From NCBI GenBank assembly GCA_977030845.1, contig OZ365115.1, forward strand, positions 1,922,001-1,986,000: a stretch of DNA of 64,000 nucleotides, in the 5' to 3' direction. This DNA is from Fimbriosthenelais zetlandica (Eukaryota). Under the pieces are notes generated by a model. It worked only from the letters and a program-made list of their open reading frames with translations, ran no database searches and was not told the origin of the DNA. Positions 1 to 13,400 of the stretch are shown in pieces. The translations under genes and the position numbers were made by a program. Position 1 is the stretch's first letter; each line of letters starts with the position of its first letter.

Positions 1-3000
1 GTTCACCCGAGTCTGACACAACTCAACCATCTCAAACACGGACACAGCTTCCTACTACCAGAAGGTGGGCTGTCATATCACAATAATGAAAAATCCCATA
101 ATTAATTAAGTCATAAGAGTACTTCTTTAACGAATAAGTATGTTTTTCCAAAACGTTTTTAGAAATGAAAAAATCACAGCTTCCTACTACCAGAAGGTGG
201 GCCCTTAATATGTCACATTTACCCACATTTACTACCATTTGTATATTTAAATATGAAGGAAAAGTCCAATAAATAATTAAGTAATAAGAGTATTTCAGTA
301 ATGAATAAGTATGTTTTTCCAAAATGCTATCAGAAATGAAAAAAATCACACTGGAAAAAATATAAATTTCTAGAAATATTTTCTGTGTCATTTCCCTGGT
401 ATTTCATTTATGACATATTACGAATTAATTTGGATATAAAACTTTGATTTGTTTAGGACTTTGCCTGCTGCGGCCCAGCACTAAGTTAGTGGAACTAGTG
501 GCACAGGCCATCAACGACAGCCCTGACGGTATGCTGCAAGTACAGCAAGTCTACATAGCTCTACAGTAAGTCATCCTGCTAACTGGAACAGTTATACAAC
601 GAGAGAGTGAATGGATGAGTGAGCGAGTGGGTGAGTGAATGAATGAATGAATGAATGAATGATCAAGCGAGGGATTGAGCGAGCGAGGGAGAAAGTAAAT
701 GATTGGAAGAATGAATGGATGAATGAATGAAGGAAGGAAGGAAGGAAGGGATGAATGAAAGAAGGGAGGAATGAATGAATGAATGAATGAACAATTGAAG
801 GAGTGAATAAATGTATGTTTTCAAGTAACTAGTCTACATTTAGATAGTTTTGGATGAATGGATTTTGAATCGTTCAGAATTGTTTTTCTCTCCTGACTTG
901 TCTTGTTAGATTGAGGGACAATTCATTCATGATTGAACCAACTGAATGTTGATCATTAAATGAAAGTTAAACGTAATGTTTTCAGAAATAAGTACCCGTA
1001 CTTTCAGTACATGGACCGGTGTTCTACGACCAGCTGGAGAGTGAGCTAACTAACATGACGTCTTTACATTTTACTGCCAAATTATTTATGTATTCCTTAA
1101 CAAATTTCATCAGTTGTTCAATGTTTTCTTCATTATCAAATGAACCGGAGATTTTCCACTCTTCACCCATCATTTTTTCTCTTTGAGATGGTTGGAATTT
1201 TGTCCCATACTTTCAGTTGAAAGTGAACGAGTTCTAGGTCAGAATAAATTCACCAAATTCAACATATGAATATGACTAACTGAAATATGAAATTTACGCA
1301 CACAAAACAGAATCCGAAACATATCTTTTTAAGTTCACTGTTCATATATTTAGAGTTGAGATTATAAATCTTATTGAGACTAGGCTTGGACCCAGCCAGC
1401 GTCAAGTAGATTGAAGTATTCTGGGTGTTAATTCAGTGTCGCGTGTTTTTCTTGCGTATTAATTGATGTATAATTTTTATAATATTTTTAATATTTTTAA
1501 CAAATAATTTTTCTGTCTTGTGTTATAATTTCTCTATCATTGATGTATAATTGTTTTTCTTGTCTTGTATTATAATGTCTCTATCATTGATGTATAATTG
1601 TTTTTCTTGTATTATAATGTCTCTATCATTGATGTATAATTGTTTTTCTTGTATTATAATGTCTCTATCATTGATGTATAATTGTTTTTCTTGTATTATA
1701 ATGTCTCTATCATTGATGTATAATTGTTTTTCTTGTATTATAATTTCTCTATCATTGAACACAGAGTTCCATCCGGCACGCGCTGTATCAGAAGTGGTTC
1801 AGGAAGATTCAGTTTGATACAGAGCTCATCAACTGTCGCGGCTGTTACTGGGCGATCAACCGGAGATTCCACCCCCGGGAATGGACCTTACCGCCCAACA
1901 GGTTCGGTCCCGACGAAGGTGAGAGCTTAACACTTCAAGTTCTTGAGTTTTTTTTATTTTTTTTTTTTAATAATTAATTTCAATAGCCTTATTATTTATA
2001 CCAATATCATTTATACAATATATTTCCAGGCGGCCATTCTATCCGTTTCTATATCACACAGACAATTATGTACAACTTAATTAAAATATTTTTCCAAATC
2101 ACTTTTCTTTTCACTTTTCTAGTTTCTGAAGGTTATGAAGAACAAGATGAACCAGAAGATCTGAGCATCGCCACGATGATCAGCGCGGCGGAGAACAACG
2201 ACAACGACAACGACGACGACACGGAGTATGCTGATACAGAGCCCATAGATTATCATAATCCTGTAAGATATTAATTTTGAAAAAATCAGGGAATTTCAAC
2301 ACTGACTCGGAACGATAATTTTTTCGGCGATTGACGCGTACTATCCCATACCCGCTACTGAAGTTAAAATATCTCCTGGAATTTAGGGGATTACTCAGGG
2401 AAAACTCAGGGAATTCTGGTTTCATTCAATTTACAATTTGTTGGACCTATTATGTAGAGTATTTAACATGAATGTTCCTGTATGTTTTAGAGCACCGCGG
2501 CCATACACCCACTAGATCTGTCACCAGTCAAGGAGTCAGTTAGTGAGTCGGTGAGTCAGGGCTTTATACCATGCCCCCGGGACTCGCTCAGTGAAGGGTT
2601 TCTGCCCCACCCCCAGGACCCGCTCAGTGAGGGGTTTATGTCGCACCCCCTGGAATCCTTGACGGAGGGGTACCTGCCCCGACCCCGGGATCCTGACCCC
2701 ATGCTCTCCCCGCAGGACGAGGTCGCCAGCTCTCAAGACGAGCTGGACAAGGCGCCAAAAACCACCAAAAACGGTACCTATACTAAAATATTATCCTTAA
2801 ATAATCTTAAAAACGGTACCTATATTCATATATTATCTCTAAATAATCTTAAAAACGGTACCTATATTCATATCATCTCTAAATATTGTCAATTATTATT
2901 CTAAATCATTCTTGTAGTCTCTGCCGAGATTGTACAAAATATAAAATTCTGATCTCTTCAGAAATTGCACAAAATTGAAATTTATAAATATTTTTAAACT

Positions 3001-4297
3001 TTCTGTCCTGTCTAGTACCTCCTGTCCCCTCTATTCTAGTTCCTCCTGTCCCCTCTAATCTCCTGTCTCTCTCTCTATCTAGAATCACCAGCCCTGTCGT
3101 CAGGCTATGTCAGTGACAGTAGTTCGTTTAAGCTGGTCTATGATGATGATCACAGCCCCGTACTGGTGTATGAACCTAAGGAGCTGTCAGACGTAGACTA
3201 CACGGAGTCGTTAGAGTGGATCTGTAAGGAGGATACGTGTCCTACATCAGGCGATGATCCCGCCTTCCCGCTCCTGGATTATCCCTCCCCGCTCTACGCG
3301 CCATTCTGTCTCTATCCTCCCGTTAATCCAGGCGACTCTAAGATCCTAGATGATCTCCCCTACTACATCCAGGCCTTCCACGGATCTCAGTGGTCAGTAA
3401 AGTTAGTTAATAAATAAAACTTTAATATTAATAAGATCCTAGATGATCTCCCCTACTACATCCAGGCCTTCCACGGCTCACAATGGTCAGTAAAGTTAGT
3501 TAATAAATAAAACTTTAATATTAATAAGATCCTAGATGATCTCCCCTACTACATCCAGGCCTTCCACGGCTCTCAGTGGTCAGTAAAGTTAGTTAATAAA
3601 TAAAACTTTAATATTAATAAGATCCTAGATGATCTCCCCTACTATATCCAGGCCTTCCACGGCTCTCAGTGGTCAGTAAAGTTAGTTAATAAATAAAACT
3701 TTAATATTAATAAGATCCTAGATGATCTCCCCTACTACATCCAAGCCTTCCACGGCTCTCAATGGTCAGTATGATTAATAATGATGGTTAATAAATAAAA
3801 CTTTAATATTAATAAGATCCTAGATGATCTCCCCTACTATATCCAGGCCTTCCACGGCTCTCAGTGGTCAGTAAAGTTAGTTAATAAATAAAACTTTAAT
3901 ATTACGAACTCAGTATTCTATAACTCAATATCTACATTCAACTCTTTGGATTATTAATTTAACGCAAAATCTAAATTTCAGTTTTTGATTATTTACTTTA
4001 ACTCAAACTGTATATTCCACTATTTGATAATTTTTTATTTTGTCTTTATTATTATGTCAGATTTCCCCGATTTTCTCTTCAATTAATTATCACTTAATGA
4101 ACATCTATTATAGAGATTTTTTGGTGTCTTTGAATCATCTAAGATTTGATGTCATTTTTTTAATAATCATTAATGATAAAACTATATTTAATATTTCACT
4201 TTTTTTCCTTTGTAGGATAAAGGAGGAAGGGGAGGGAGAGATGGACGAGGATGAAAAGCTACAGATAGAGAGGGCCTTCTCCCTGGCCCAGAAATAA
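1..4297 (+). CDS. Divergent forkhead-box (winged helix) transcription factor, 5'-partial
   Basis: GT-AG exons with consistent phases: <1-64, 457-565, 986-1040, 1765-1918, 2123-2262, 2491-2773, 3083-3392, 4216-4297 (TAA). Spliced domain: LLRPSTKLVELVAQAINDSPDGMLQVQQVYIALQNKYPYFQYMDRCSTTSWRSSIRHALYQKWFRKIQFDTELINCRGCYWAINR, matching the forkhead pattern (AI..SP..L....IY..I...FPYF......W.NSIRH.L....F.K......G.YW). Acidic, Pro/Ser-rich C-terminus. Subfamily not assignable by eye. Confidence 0.82.
640..790. repeat. (AATG)n/(AAGG)n microsatellite
   Basis: Runs of gaatgaat/gaaggaag in FOX intron; another (AATG)n tract lies at ~42724-42890. Confidence 0.9.
1515..1757. repeat. 42-bp minisatellite, ~5.5 copies, abutting FOX acceptor at 1765
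   Basis: Unit tctctatcattgatgtataattgtttttcttgtattataatg; explains ORFs 1523..1762 and 1551..1817. Confidence 0.9.
3340..3903 (+). repeat. 93-bp tandem array (6 copies) of FOX exon-7 3' end plus splice donor
   Basis: Unit starts at 3340, 3433, 3526, 3619, 3712, ~3814; 53 exon-derived nt (KILDDLPYYIQAFHGSQW) plus GTCAGT donor and 40 intronic nt. Confidence 0.95.
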
Positions 4298-6277
4298 AAT
4301 ATAAAATAAAAACAATTTTAGCTCACATTTAGGAGCCGTTTACCTCGTTCTGTAATTTAAATCTCGAAAATCGCCGGAGAAAAAGTAACTGGTTTGTCCA
4401 TGAATAATTTGACTAACATTGAATGCGGATATAAATACAAGTTTGAGGTTTTTAGGACTGCAGAGTTCTCCTGGTAGGAGAGATGAATGTATAGTGTGGA
4501 GAAGTGTGTAAGTTTAGTGTAAGGCATCAAGTTTAGTGTAAGGCATCATGTTTCGTGTAAAGTTTCTTGTGCATCCTATTTAAAGTTGAGAATGAACCCG
4601 TTTGTATCCAGCTCACTAAAATCTGAACTTATGTCAAATAGAACATGATTTATTTCAAAGATACGATCTCAAAATTGTGCCATTGATTTATTTTCGGATG
4701 GAAATTGTCTTTTGTGGTTTGAAACAATGTATGAGGAGCATGTCTGACCCCCGGGTCTGACCAGTAGCAGGTTTGTTTACAGCTGAATGAATATTTAGTT
4801 GATGTTGAAGCGTCCCCAGACACAGTTCAATTTTATATTTAAACACTCTCAATCAGGTTTGCCAAAATGTCTGAATAATTCAGAAACCATTTTAAAAATT
4901 GTTCGCTATTTGAAGATGTAAATAAATATTATTAAAAAAAGATATTAATAAAAAAAATATTATTTCTAGTACGTCAATCTTCATAGTTGTTATTTCAGCG
5001 GAAAATATACTAAGATTTAATAAATGAATGAACATCATGGTCAAGAACACAAGTCAATATTTGAGTAGTGGATGTGGGCAAAGTTTGGAGTCAAAGGTTA
5101 CAAAACGATGCCGTCTTGGTTTGTTCACTTTTGTACCATTTAATATCCCTAGACATATAAATAATTTAGACGTGTTTTAGAATATTAACATTTATTGAAA
5201 TTTAACCAATATTTACAGAGAAGTACCAAATATAATTCACACCGCGTACATAATAATTACATTAATACCATTGTTGGTCATTTCCCCAAAACAAATTACA
5301 TATTTTACACTAAATCTAATAATTGTATCGAAGGAATGCTCATTATTTATACAAGCTGAATTACGGTATAATTCTGTACAATTACGCCACATTGCTATAT
5401 ACAGCGTTCTGGCGTAACTTTATCGATTGTAATCATCGTTAATTTACTGACAATATCTGTAATCTACATTACAGATGTTTATATGCCATGATTCTTCACA
5501 AATTCAGAAGATTTCTACATTTTACAACATTAATTACAATCCATTTAATAATAAACTATCACATAAACTCCAGGACAGAACTTCCACCCTGGTATGGGAC
5601 AAAAGAATCTCAATATCGCTGACTGTACAACTACTTGTTCTCATACTCATAGGGTGCTTTCAACATTAATTTGGTAAATTAAAATTCCTCATGATTCAAC
5701 CAAAAGTTTGTAACATAACCTAAAGCCTACCCCTGATAACATTCTAGTTGAACTATCACCTAACGTCCAATCATTCATTCCTCATATAATTTAAACACAT
5801 TAGGAGACATTTCATAATAGTGGATTACAAGATGTGTCCCTGATTTAATTCACACTCAAAGATTATCTAGAATATCTGAGACACAGGTTTAATTCTAATC
5901 TTAGTATTCATTCATTGTAGTCTAAATCCTTTTAAGTTAATCTTTAAATCTGAACGTGTTTCACACTGCTGTCTGTTGGTGCTTGCATCGCGATGATAGT
6001 CTTATATTTCGATGATGTCAACTCGCTGGCAAATATTCATCTAAACCTCGTGAAATTTCTTCGGTATTTTCATCAAATTAAGTCCTAATAGTCATTCATT
6101 TCTGGGCAGGATCCGTGATGTTTTTCAAGGGGAGAGGGGGGAGTGGGGGTTGCAATAATGACTTTCATTCATTCTAGGGATTTCTAAGGGGGATCACATC
6201 CCCCACCTCACCCCGCCCCCTATGGATCCGGGCCTGTATTTTCCTGGGAATTAATTAATCTATAGTTTGAGTTAATT

Positions 6278-7108
6278 TTAAGACATGACGTAGTTAGCAC
6301 GGAGGTTGATTCTGTGTTGGATGAAGGAGAAGACGAAGACGAGGATGTAGATGGCTGAGGCTATCCAGCAGTTAATAGACGTCTGATCATACAACTCATA
6401 CACGAACTCGGGGTCAAACTTCCTCAGCCTCCACTCTGTCTCATTGAGGGGTAAATCCTCCACTAGGGCGGGGCTGTGGATCCGGAAGAAAACGCCCAGC
6501 ATCGCCTGAAATAATCATATATAAAAATTATTTAAAATACGGTAATAAAAATTAAAATATCTAGATGAGATGCTAGTGATTATACTTGGTCTACACCTAT
6601 ACCGGTGCTAGTTTACATATAGGCTCTCAATGAATTGATTTGCATTTTTGAACTAAAATTATAAGACCTAGAATTTAGATACTGGTAGTGGTACAGTCAG
6701 AGATGACGGATGTAAATTTTACAATGACTGCTACACTGCAGTCTACACTACAGTGAGTAGCCTCAGTGACATTGTCATTGACACTGACAGTAGGGAAGTA
6801 GGCCTATGTATGTAGTATGAGCAATCGCTATGAAGAATCTGCCACTTAGAAAGACAGCAATCAAATCTGTGAATCATTCTAAATCCCAATAGTTGATGAG
6901 TAATCACGGGTGCGTTTGTTTAACAACAGTAAGCTACAGTGACAGTACAGTCAGTAGGTGAGGGAGGGTCACAAGACTGGCTTGAGTCAAAACAACCACA
7001 CCTCCCGATACACAAAAACAAACAAAAACGCCAACTTACCAGCATTACTGTCCCCCAGACACCTAGAACCATGCCGCAGATGGATAACTTCGGTCCACAG
7101 ATCGCCAT
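6278..7108 (-). CDS. RNASEK: Ribonuclease kappa / V-ATPase subunit f
   Basis: Exons 7108-7040 (MAICGPKLSICGMVLGVWGTVML) and 6505-6278 (AMLGVFFRIHSPALVEDLP...YDQTSINCWIASAIYILVFVFSFIQHRINLRANYVMS*). 98 aa, two TM segments, CGPKL and NC(W/F)IA motifs of RNASEK. Confidence 0.95.
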
Positions 7109-7416
7109 TTCTGTCTTTTTCTACTGGAATCGGTCGTAAAACGGGAAAATCCGGCCGATTTCTGTTCCTAATCTTAGTGGATATGTCAAAATGGCGGCGC
7201 CCAGCAGTCACGTGACGGGCGGAAGTTACGTCATCACTTCAGGTAGTTCCGGTCCGGAAGTGAGTGAGGGGAGTAGGTTGTTAAAACCTCCGACAACCGA
7301 TTTTACATCAAAATCTCTAAAATTACAGCTTCTAGGGACAGGATCTAAACTTTCTGTGATCCGAGTGGAGTAAGAAAAGGTAGAGGAGTGGAGAAATCGA
7401 CAGGTGAACGGCTGTG
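7109..7416. promoter_or_regulatory. Bidirectional promoter shared by RNASEK and PLEKHF2
   Basis: About 310 bp between divergent ATGs (7108 minus, 7417 plus). Contains AAAATGGCGGC (YY1-like, 7188-7198), palindrome GTCACGTGAC (7207-7216), ETS-type CGGAAGT (7220-7226, 7255-7261) and a TACGTCA half-CRE. Confidence 0.75.
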
Positions 7417-10400
7417 ATGGCGGATCAACTAGGTGAGTGGAGAGATTTATGTGTAGGTGTAAAGTTTGAATCACTGTTACAGTGGGTGACCCCAGTCAGT
7501 ACGGGAGGTGTGTATCAACAACACTCCCACTGACAGTGACAGACAGTCTCTGACAGCAGGCCTGTCACTATGCTGTCACAGTCAGGCCTCATCACGGCCC
7601 ATCACATCCTACACATGTCACTTATTGTTAATCTCAAAATTGATTTTACTTCGTTTTGTTTCCAGTTGTTTAGTTCAGAAGTTTTGTTGACTGTGTTGTG
7701 TCAATTTGCAACTAGATATTGCATGTCTATTATTTATAGTAGATATTTAATCACAAATTATCCCCTGAAACACTGGAATTTATATCAAATTTTAGCTAAA
7801 ATCAGTTACATTTACAGTAACTATTTAGTTACAGTGTCATTGATTTTAGGGACAGGTGATAATTTGGATGTGTATTGAATAATATTTCTATAGATACTTA
7901 GTTGGATGTGTATTGAATATTTTGAGATTATTTGGAGGGAGGTATTGGCTTGAGTTGAGTGGTATGAAGGTGTTGAGTGAGGTATAGCTTGTACATGTGA
8001 ATGATGTAGTTAGCTGGGAGGTTAAACCTATAAATACAGGGAAGTTAATCTAACATTGATAGGTGTTTAATATGAGCGGGAGGGGGCGTCCACATGGCGT
8101 GCATGTATGAGGACAGACTGACAAGCTTTAAGCTAATTATAGCACAATGAAACAGTTCATTTATTATTGATACTTAAACACATGGCCGACTGGTGCACCT
8201 CAATACTGTATTATTATCATATCCTCATTATTTGTATGAAGAGTGCAAACATTTAAGTTTAATATTTAAATATTTCCTACATATTCTCATCCCTTCCTCT
8301 CGCTCCATCCCTCCTTCCATTCTCTCTGTCTTACTTTCTCTCGCTCCTTCTCCCTCCATTACCTCTCTTCCTAATTCCAATCCATTTCCAGTGTTACAAA
8401 TGAATCACATTCGAACTTCCAACCTTCACTCCCTCACATTAAACTAAGTGATTGGTTCCTCCGTTTTAAACTAAACTTTAATAACTTTACAATTGCTAAT
8501 ATATTTCACACGTCAGCCAAAATGGACAGACTAAGCGAAACTAAAATTGACGCGTCAAAAATAACCGTAGAATAAAATAATGTTTTCTTTTCCTTAATTG
8601 TCTGTAATACTGAATATCTAAAACCTAGATTAGGATTATTGTTTCGTAACGTTTTCTAGTAAAGTGTTCTCGTCTTGTGAGTTTTTTAATTTTAAAGATA
8701 AAATAATTATTTAAATGTAAAGATTGAGAAAAGTTTGGCAATTTTTGCAGAGAACAGAGAACAAGTAGAAGTCTGGGAGCCAATCGGTCAGTTTAACCCT
8801 TTATTGTTAAACACGCGCGCTTAACCCTCTCTTCACGCATGAGCTTCTAGATGCAGAAAATATCAAGTCTAAATCTTTATCACATTTTGTACATACTTTC
8901 CCGTGAAGTCCACTTGTGACCAGTGTTTTCTCTGTATTTACTACTTTAGGCCTACATCAGTAATTCATCTGATTATAATGTCATTCTGGTTCTGTATTTT
9001 ATAATGACGTCATTCTGGTGTCTATATTTGGCCTCAGCTCATGTCAGCTGTTTTCATGATGCGTGATGTGTTGACACCATTAGCCAACACTTGGCTTATC
9101 TCCTCTAATCCTGCTGATCCGGCTCTACTAAATACCGTATATAATCATGTCGCCTTATCTACCACTCTTGGCCCATGTACTAAATACCGTATATAATCAT
9201 GTCGCCTTATCTACCACTCTTGGCCCATGTACTAAATACCGTATATAATCATGTCGCCTTATCTACCACTCTTGGCCCATGTACTAAATACCGTATATAA
9301 TCATGTCGCCTTATCTTCCACTCTTGGCCCATGTACTAAATACCGTATATAATCATGTCGCCTTATCTACCACTCTTGGCCCATGTACTAAATACCGTAT
9401 ATAATCATGTCGCCTTATCTACCACTCTTGGCCCATGTACTCAGTTTTTCTTATAATAACAGCATGAAGTAAGCAGCCTATACAGTCTGTGATTAGACTA
9501 ACTTAGAATCGGTATATTAATATACAATGTACATGTTCGTTTCATGTTATGATATATTAATAACATAAGGTATGTGTATATCAAATAAGCGTCCTTGTAT
9601 CTCTTTCTCTCTGTCTACAATTTTGTCTATCTTATGTCTGTCCCTTTTAAATTTACCTATCCATCCAGATTCCTCCATCCATCCAATCATCCATCTATCC
9701 ATATCCCACCCTTCATTCCACCTATTGAATTCACCCATCCACCCATCCATCCAGATTCCATCAATCCATCCATCCATCTATCCCCCACCCTTCATTGCAC
9801 CTATCCATCCACCCATCCATCCCAACCTAAGTGAACCTCTATTCATTTTATCACAGTATGACCTGTAATAAAATGAAATAAATAAATTTAATCCTGTACT
9901 TCCAAAAATATACCAGTCACGTCTGGTGAACCAGGTCCTCTGTGTTTAGGTGTGTAGGTATGGGAGTGTGTTCGTGAGAGTGAGGGTGGGGGGGTCGTGA
10001 GAGTCAGGGTGAAGGAGGGGGTCGGGGTGGGGGGTTACTGTCTATAGTGTTAGTCATTGTACTATTTCTGGGTCATAGCGACCTAATCTAAATATATATT
10101 ATCAGATCTGATAAAAAGTCCCAATAGAAATTTCTCTAACAGGTGTAAAAGTCCAGGTATATTCCCCCATGACCTCTGGTTGCGTTCAGAAACCTCTAAT
10201 ATTATTATAATAATAAATTGATTTAAGATTTGTTCTTATCAGATTATAGTAGGATCATTAACCCTATCTTCCCAAATTAATGTGGGAAAAGTCGGTGAAT
10301 CGGGATTTACTTTGTACTGGATTCAGTAGGGTATATAGCACCTACATTGTTAGTTCACTTATCTTATCTAAAATTAATTAAAATTAGAAATATTAGTAAA

Positions 10401-13400
10401 TTGGCTTTGTGGGTGTCTTATCTTGTCGAGTTTTAGAAAGTTTAATATTAGTTGACAAGTTTACGAACACATCCAGGTAGCTAAGTGTGGAGGTGAAAGT
10501 TGTGTAAAGAATTTACCTTCAGAAAAATCCCCAACTTTCTAGCAACGCCTCGTGATTTACCCCAGCAGGATCAGGAAGCAAGGAGAGTTAACACAAACAG
10601 ATTTAATTTAAATTTACTGTGATTTTATGGGAAAATAGTAGCAATCTAAACGAAGGGATTATCTGTGGAAGCAGGAGGGCTATACCTCCGGATTAAGTTA
10701 GAATTTTGAAATGTAGAATACATTTATTACAGAAGAATTTAAAACAGCTGATACTGGAGTAAAACAGTTTTATCTAAGCCAGAAAATCGTTGATGTACGG
10801 ATTAAAACCTTTGGTAGGAGTAGGAGCTCTCATGAAGGGATTAACTGTAATGTATGGATTATGGACGCCGGATAATTAATCTATAAGTGAATTGTTTGTG
10901 GATCGTGGAAAAGAAACTCAAGGTGGAAGTTCAAAGATTAAAGATTAACATATATGAGTAATTAGTTAATGGCTAGTGACTAATGATCAGAGCTCTGAGA
11001 CGTGGAGCTGTTCAGTTATGACGTCACATGTACCACAAGTCATGACGTCACGGTTGTCAGGAGGAATGACGTCATGTAGTACGTCACGACCTACGTCATA
11101 CCACGCGCCGCCTCATGAGTGGGACGCTACATTGATGACGCCCGTGTCATGGGGTCACGCCTCCTTACACCTCTATTTCTCTACCACCGGTACGAGCCGA
11201 CATCAAATAATTATAATTAATTAATGTTATAACACTTCACAGTGTTTAGGAATGGGGAAAATATTGAACTACATTCTATATTTTTATTGAAAAGAGGATA
11301 CTTCATTTAGTTTAAGTAATCATGAAGTTCATTATGAGTCTGTCCCCCTGTCCCCTCTATCTGTTTCTAATTGTCTCTCCCCTGCTCTCCCCTTTCAGCT
11401 TCATGTGTTTCCTTCTCCCCCTCTTTTTCCCCTCTCCCCTTCCTCTTTCTCTCCTGTATCTCTCTTCTCTCAGACTGTATCAGTCTGTCTCTCCCTGCCT
11501 CCATCTCTCCCATCTCTCTCCCTGCCTTCTCTCTCAGTCCCCCATTTCTCTCCTCTCAGTCTCTCAGTCTCTCACTCTCCTATCAGTATAAGTGTATTAA
11601 GAGCCGCCCCATCATGTTACGTGACATAAATCGTAACATCGCTAATGACGGCTAAGTGAACGTCAATCAGTAAAAGGTCACGCGGCTAGTTGGTGGTTTT
11701 AGTCCACCGTACTTCAGCGCGTCTGCTAACGAGGCTAATTAACGCTGCCTAATTAACAGATGTTTATCAAACTCAAATATGTACATCTTTATTTATGTAC
11801 GTTAAACATTTAAAGACCATATTAGGGGCAGGCTTAGAGATGTGGACCCCCACCCCCTGAATCATACGGTCCCAATGGTCCACTCTCTAATAGGTCAATG
11901 TGGGGAAGAAACTATTTAATATTGTCCTCAGGTAGCAGAGATATTGCTGACTGGACGATAAACTTATATGCATATTTTGTATGTACCTATGTTAAAAATA
12001 CAGGTGTCTGTTGGACGTCCAAAATTAAGCCCCCAGACCGTGGAAAATCTTGGATATATGTCCCGGGATATATGTATCTCGGAAGAAAATGGAAATGAAA
12101 TAGAATGCTTTAATTTAATGGTGCCCGCCCCCTGCCCCAACCCTAACTTCTTGGTACAAACAGTGGGTGAAATAAATTGTATTGTTTGATTTTAGTTTAC
12201 TATTAAATATTTTGTCTTGTCGTTTCAGTGAACAGTGCCGCTAACGGGCGGAGGATTAACTTTGTAGAGCAATGTTTCGGCACCTCAGGCCAAGTAAGAT
12301 ATTCACAGTTTATATTCAATCACTGGTCAAAATTCGTGAAATCTAAATTACTTTTAATGCGGGAAGAATGGTTTGAAATAATATAATATATTGAATAAAA
12401 AGATCATGGATATATTATGAGGTACAGGGGTGGAAGAAAGGATCATAATTCATCTCATAATAATTAATATATTTCTCTGTGATATTAAGCTTTCATTTTG
12501 TCCTTCCAGCCGCTTGCCATGCCTCACCGAGTCCTGGTCGGGGAAGGCGTCCTCACCAAAATGTGTAGAAAGAAATCAAAACCTCGACAATTCTTCCTCT
12601 TTAACGACATTCTGGTTTACGGCAATATAGTAGTTAACAAGAAAAAGGTCAGTCAAGACTTCATCTTCTACGAGTTACACAACATTTATTTTTTAATTTA
12701 AAAGTTAAATTTTATAAAGATTTGTAAGGGAACATTACTTCTTTGAATGATTGGGTTTTCATGACATTAGGTCTGTCTAATATTATATAGATCTACTGTG
12801 TGAGTGATATATTAATATTTTATGTCATGTTTTACAGTATAATAAGCAGCATATTATTCCCCTGGAGAACGTTACTCTCCAGCCTGTAGCTGATACTGGA
12901 CGTAAGTTACAATTTACTGCCTTAATTTACTGAAATTTTGCAACTAAATTTACTGAAATTTTACATATATAATTGTCTAGTTATTTACAAACTATGGTTA
13001 GTAGAACTAGTGGTCACAAATGACTCCATACGTTATAAATTTACCAGAATATTTTGATCGTTTAGAAGATAATCTGGCTGTGAAATTGTAATATAATTTA
13101 TTATTTCAGATTTACGTAATGGGTGGCAAATAATCAGCCCGAGTAGGTCGTTTACAGTTTACGCGGCGACAGCGACAGAGAAGACTGAATGGATGGCGCA
13201 CATCAATAAATGTGTGCAAGATCTCCTCAAAAAACGTGAGTCTGTCTACTCCTAAATCCAAAACACTTCAGAGATAATTTAGGATACAGAAAAAAACATG
13301 CTAGTATCAAGCAAACTATATTGAATATATTCAAAATTTGATAAGGTAGACATGTTGTCCTTAATGGCAGAATGTTTTGGAGATTTTGAGACATCTCGCA

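Noticed and set aside
1523-1817. Repetitive ORFs (IIIQEKQLYINDRD)n and (SLSLMYNCFSCIIM)n
   Set aside because: Products of the 42-bp intronic minisatellite; the same applies to ORFs at 16626, 23259-23581 and 33596.
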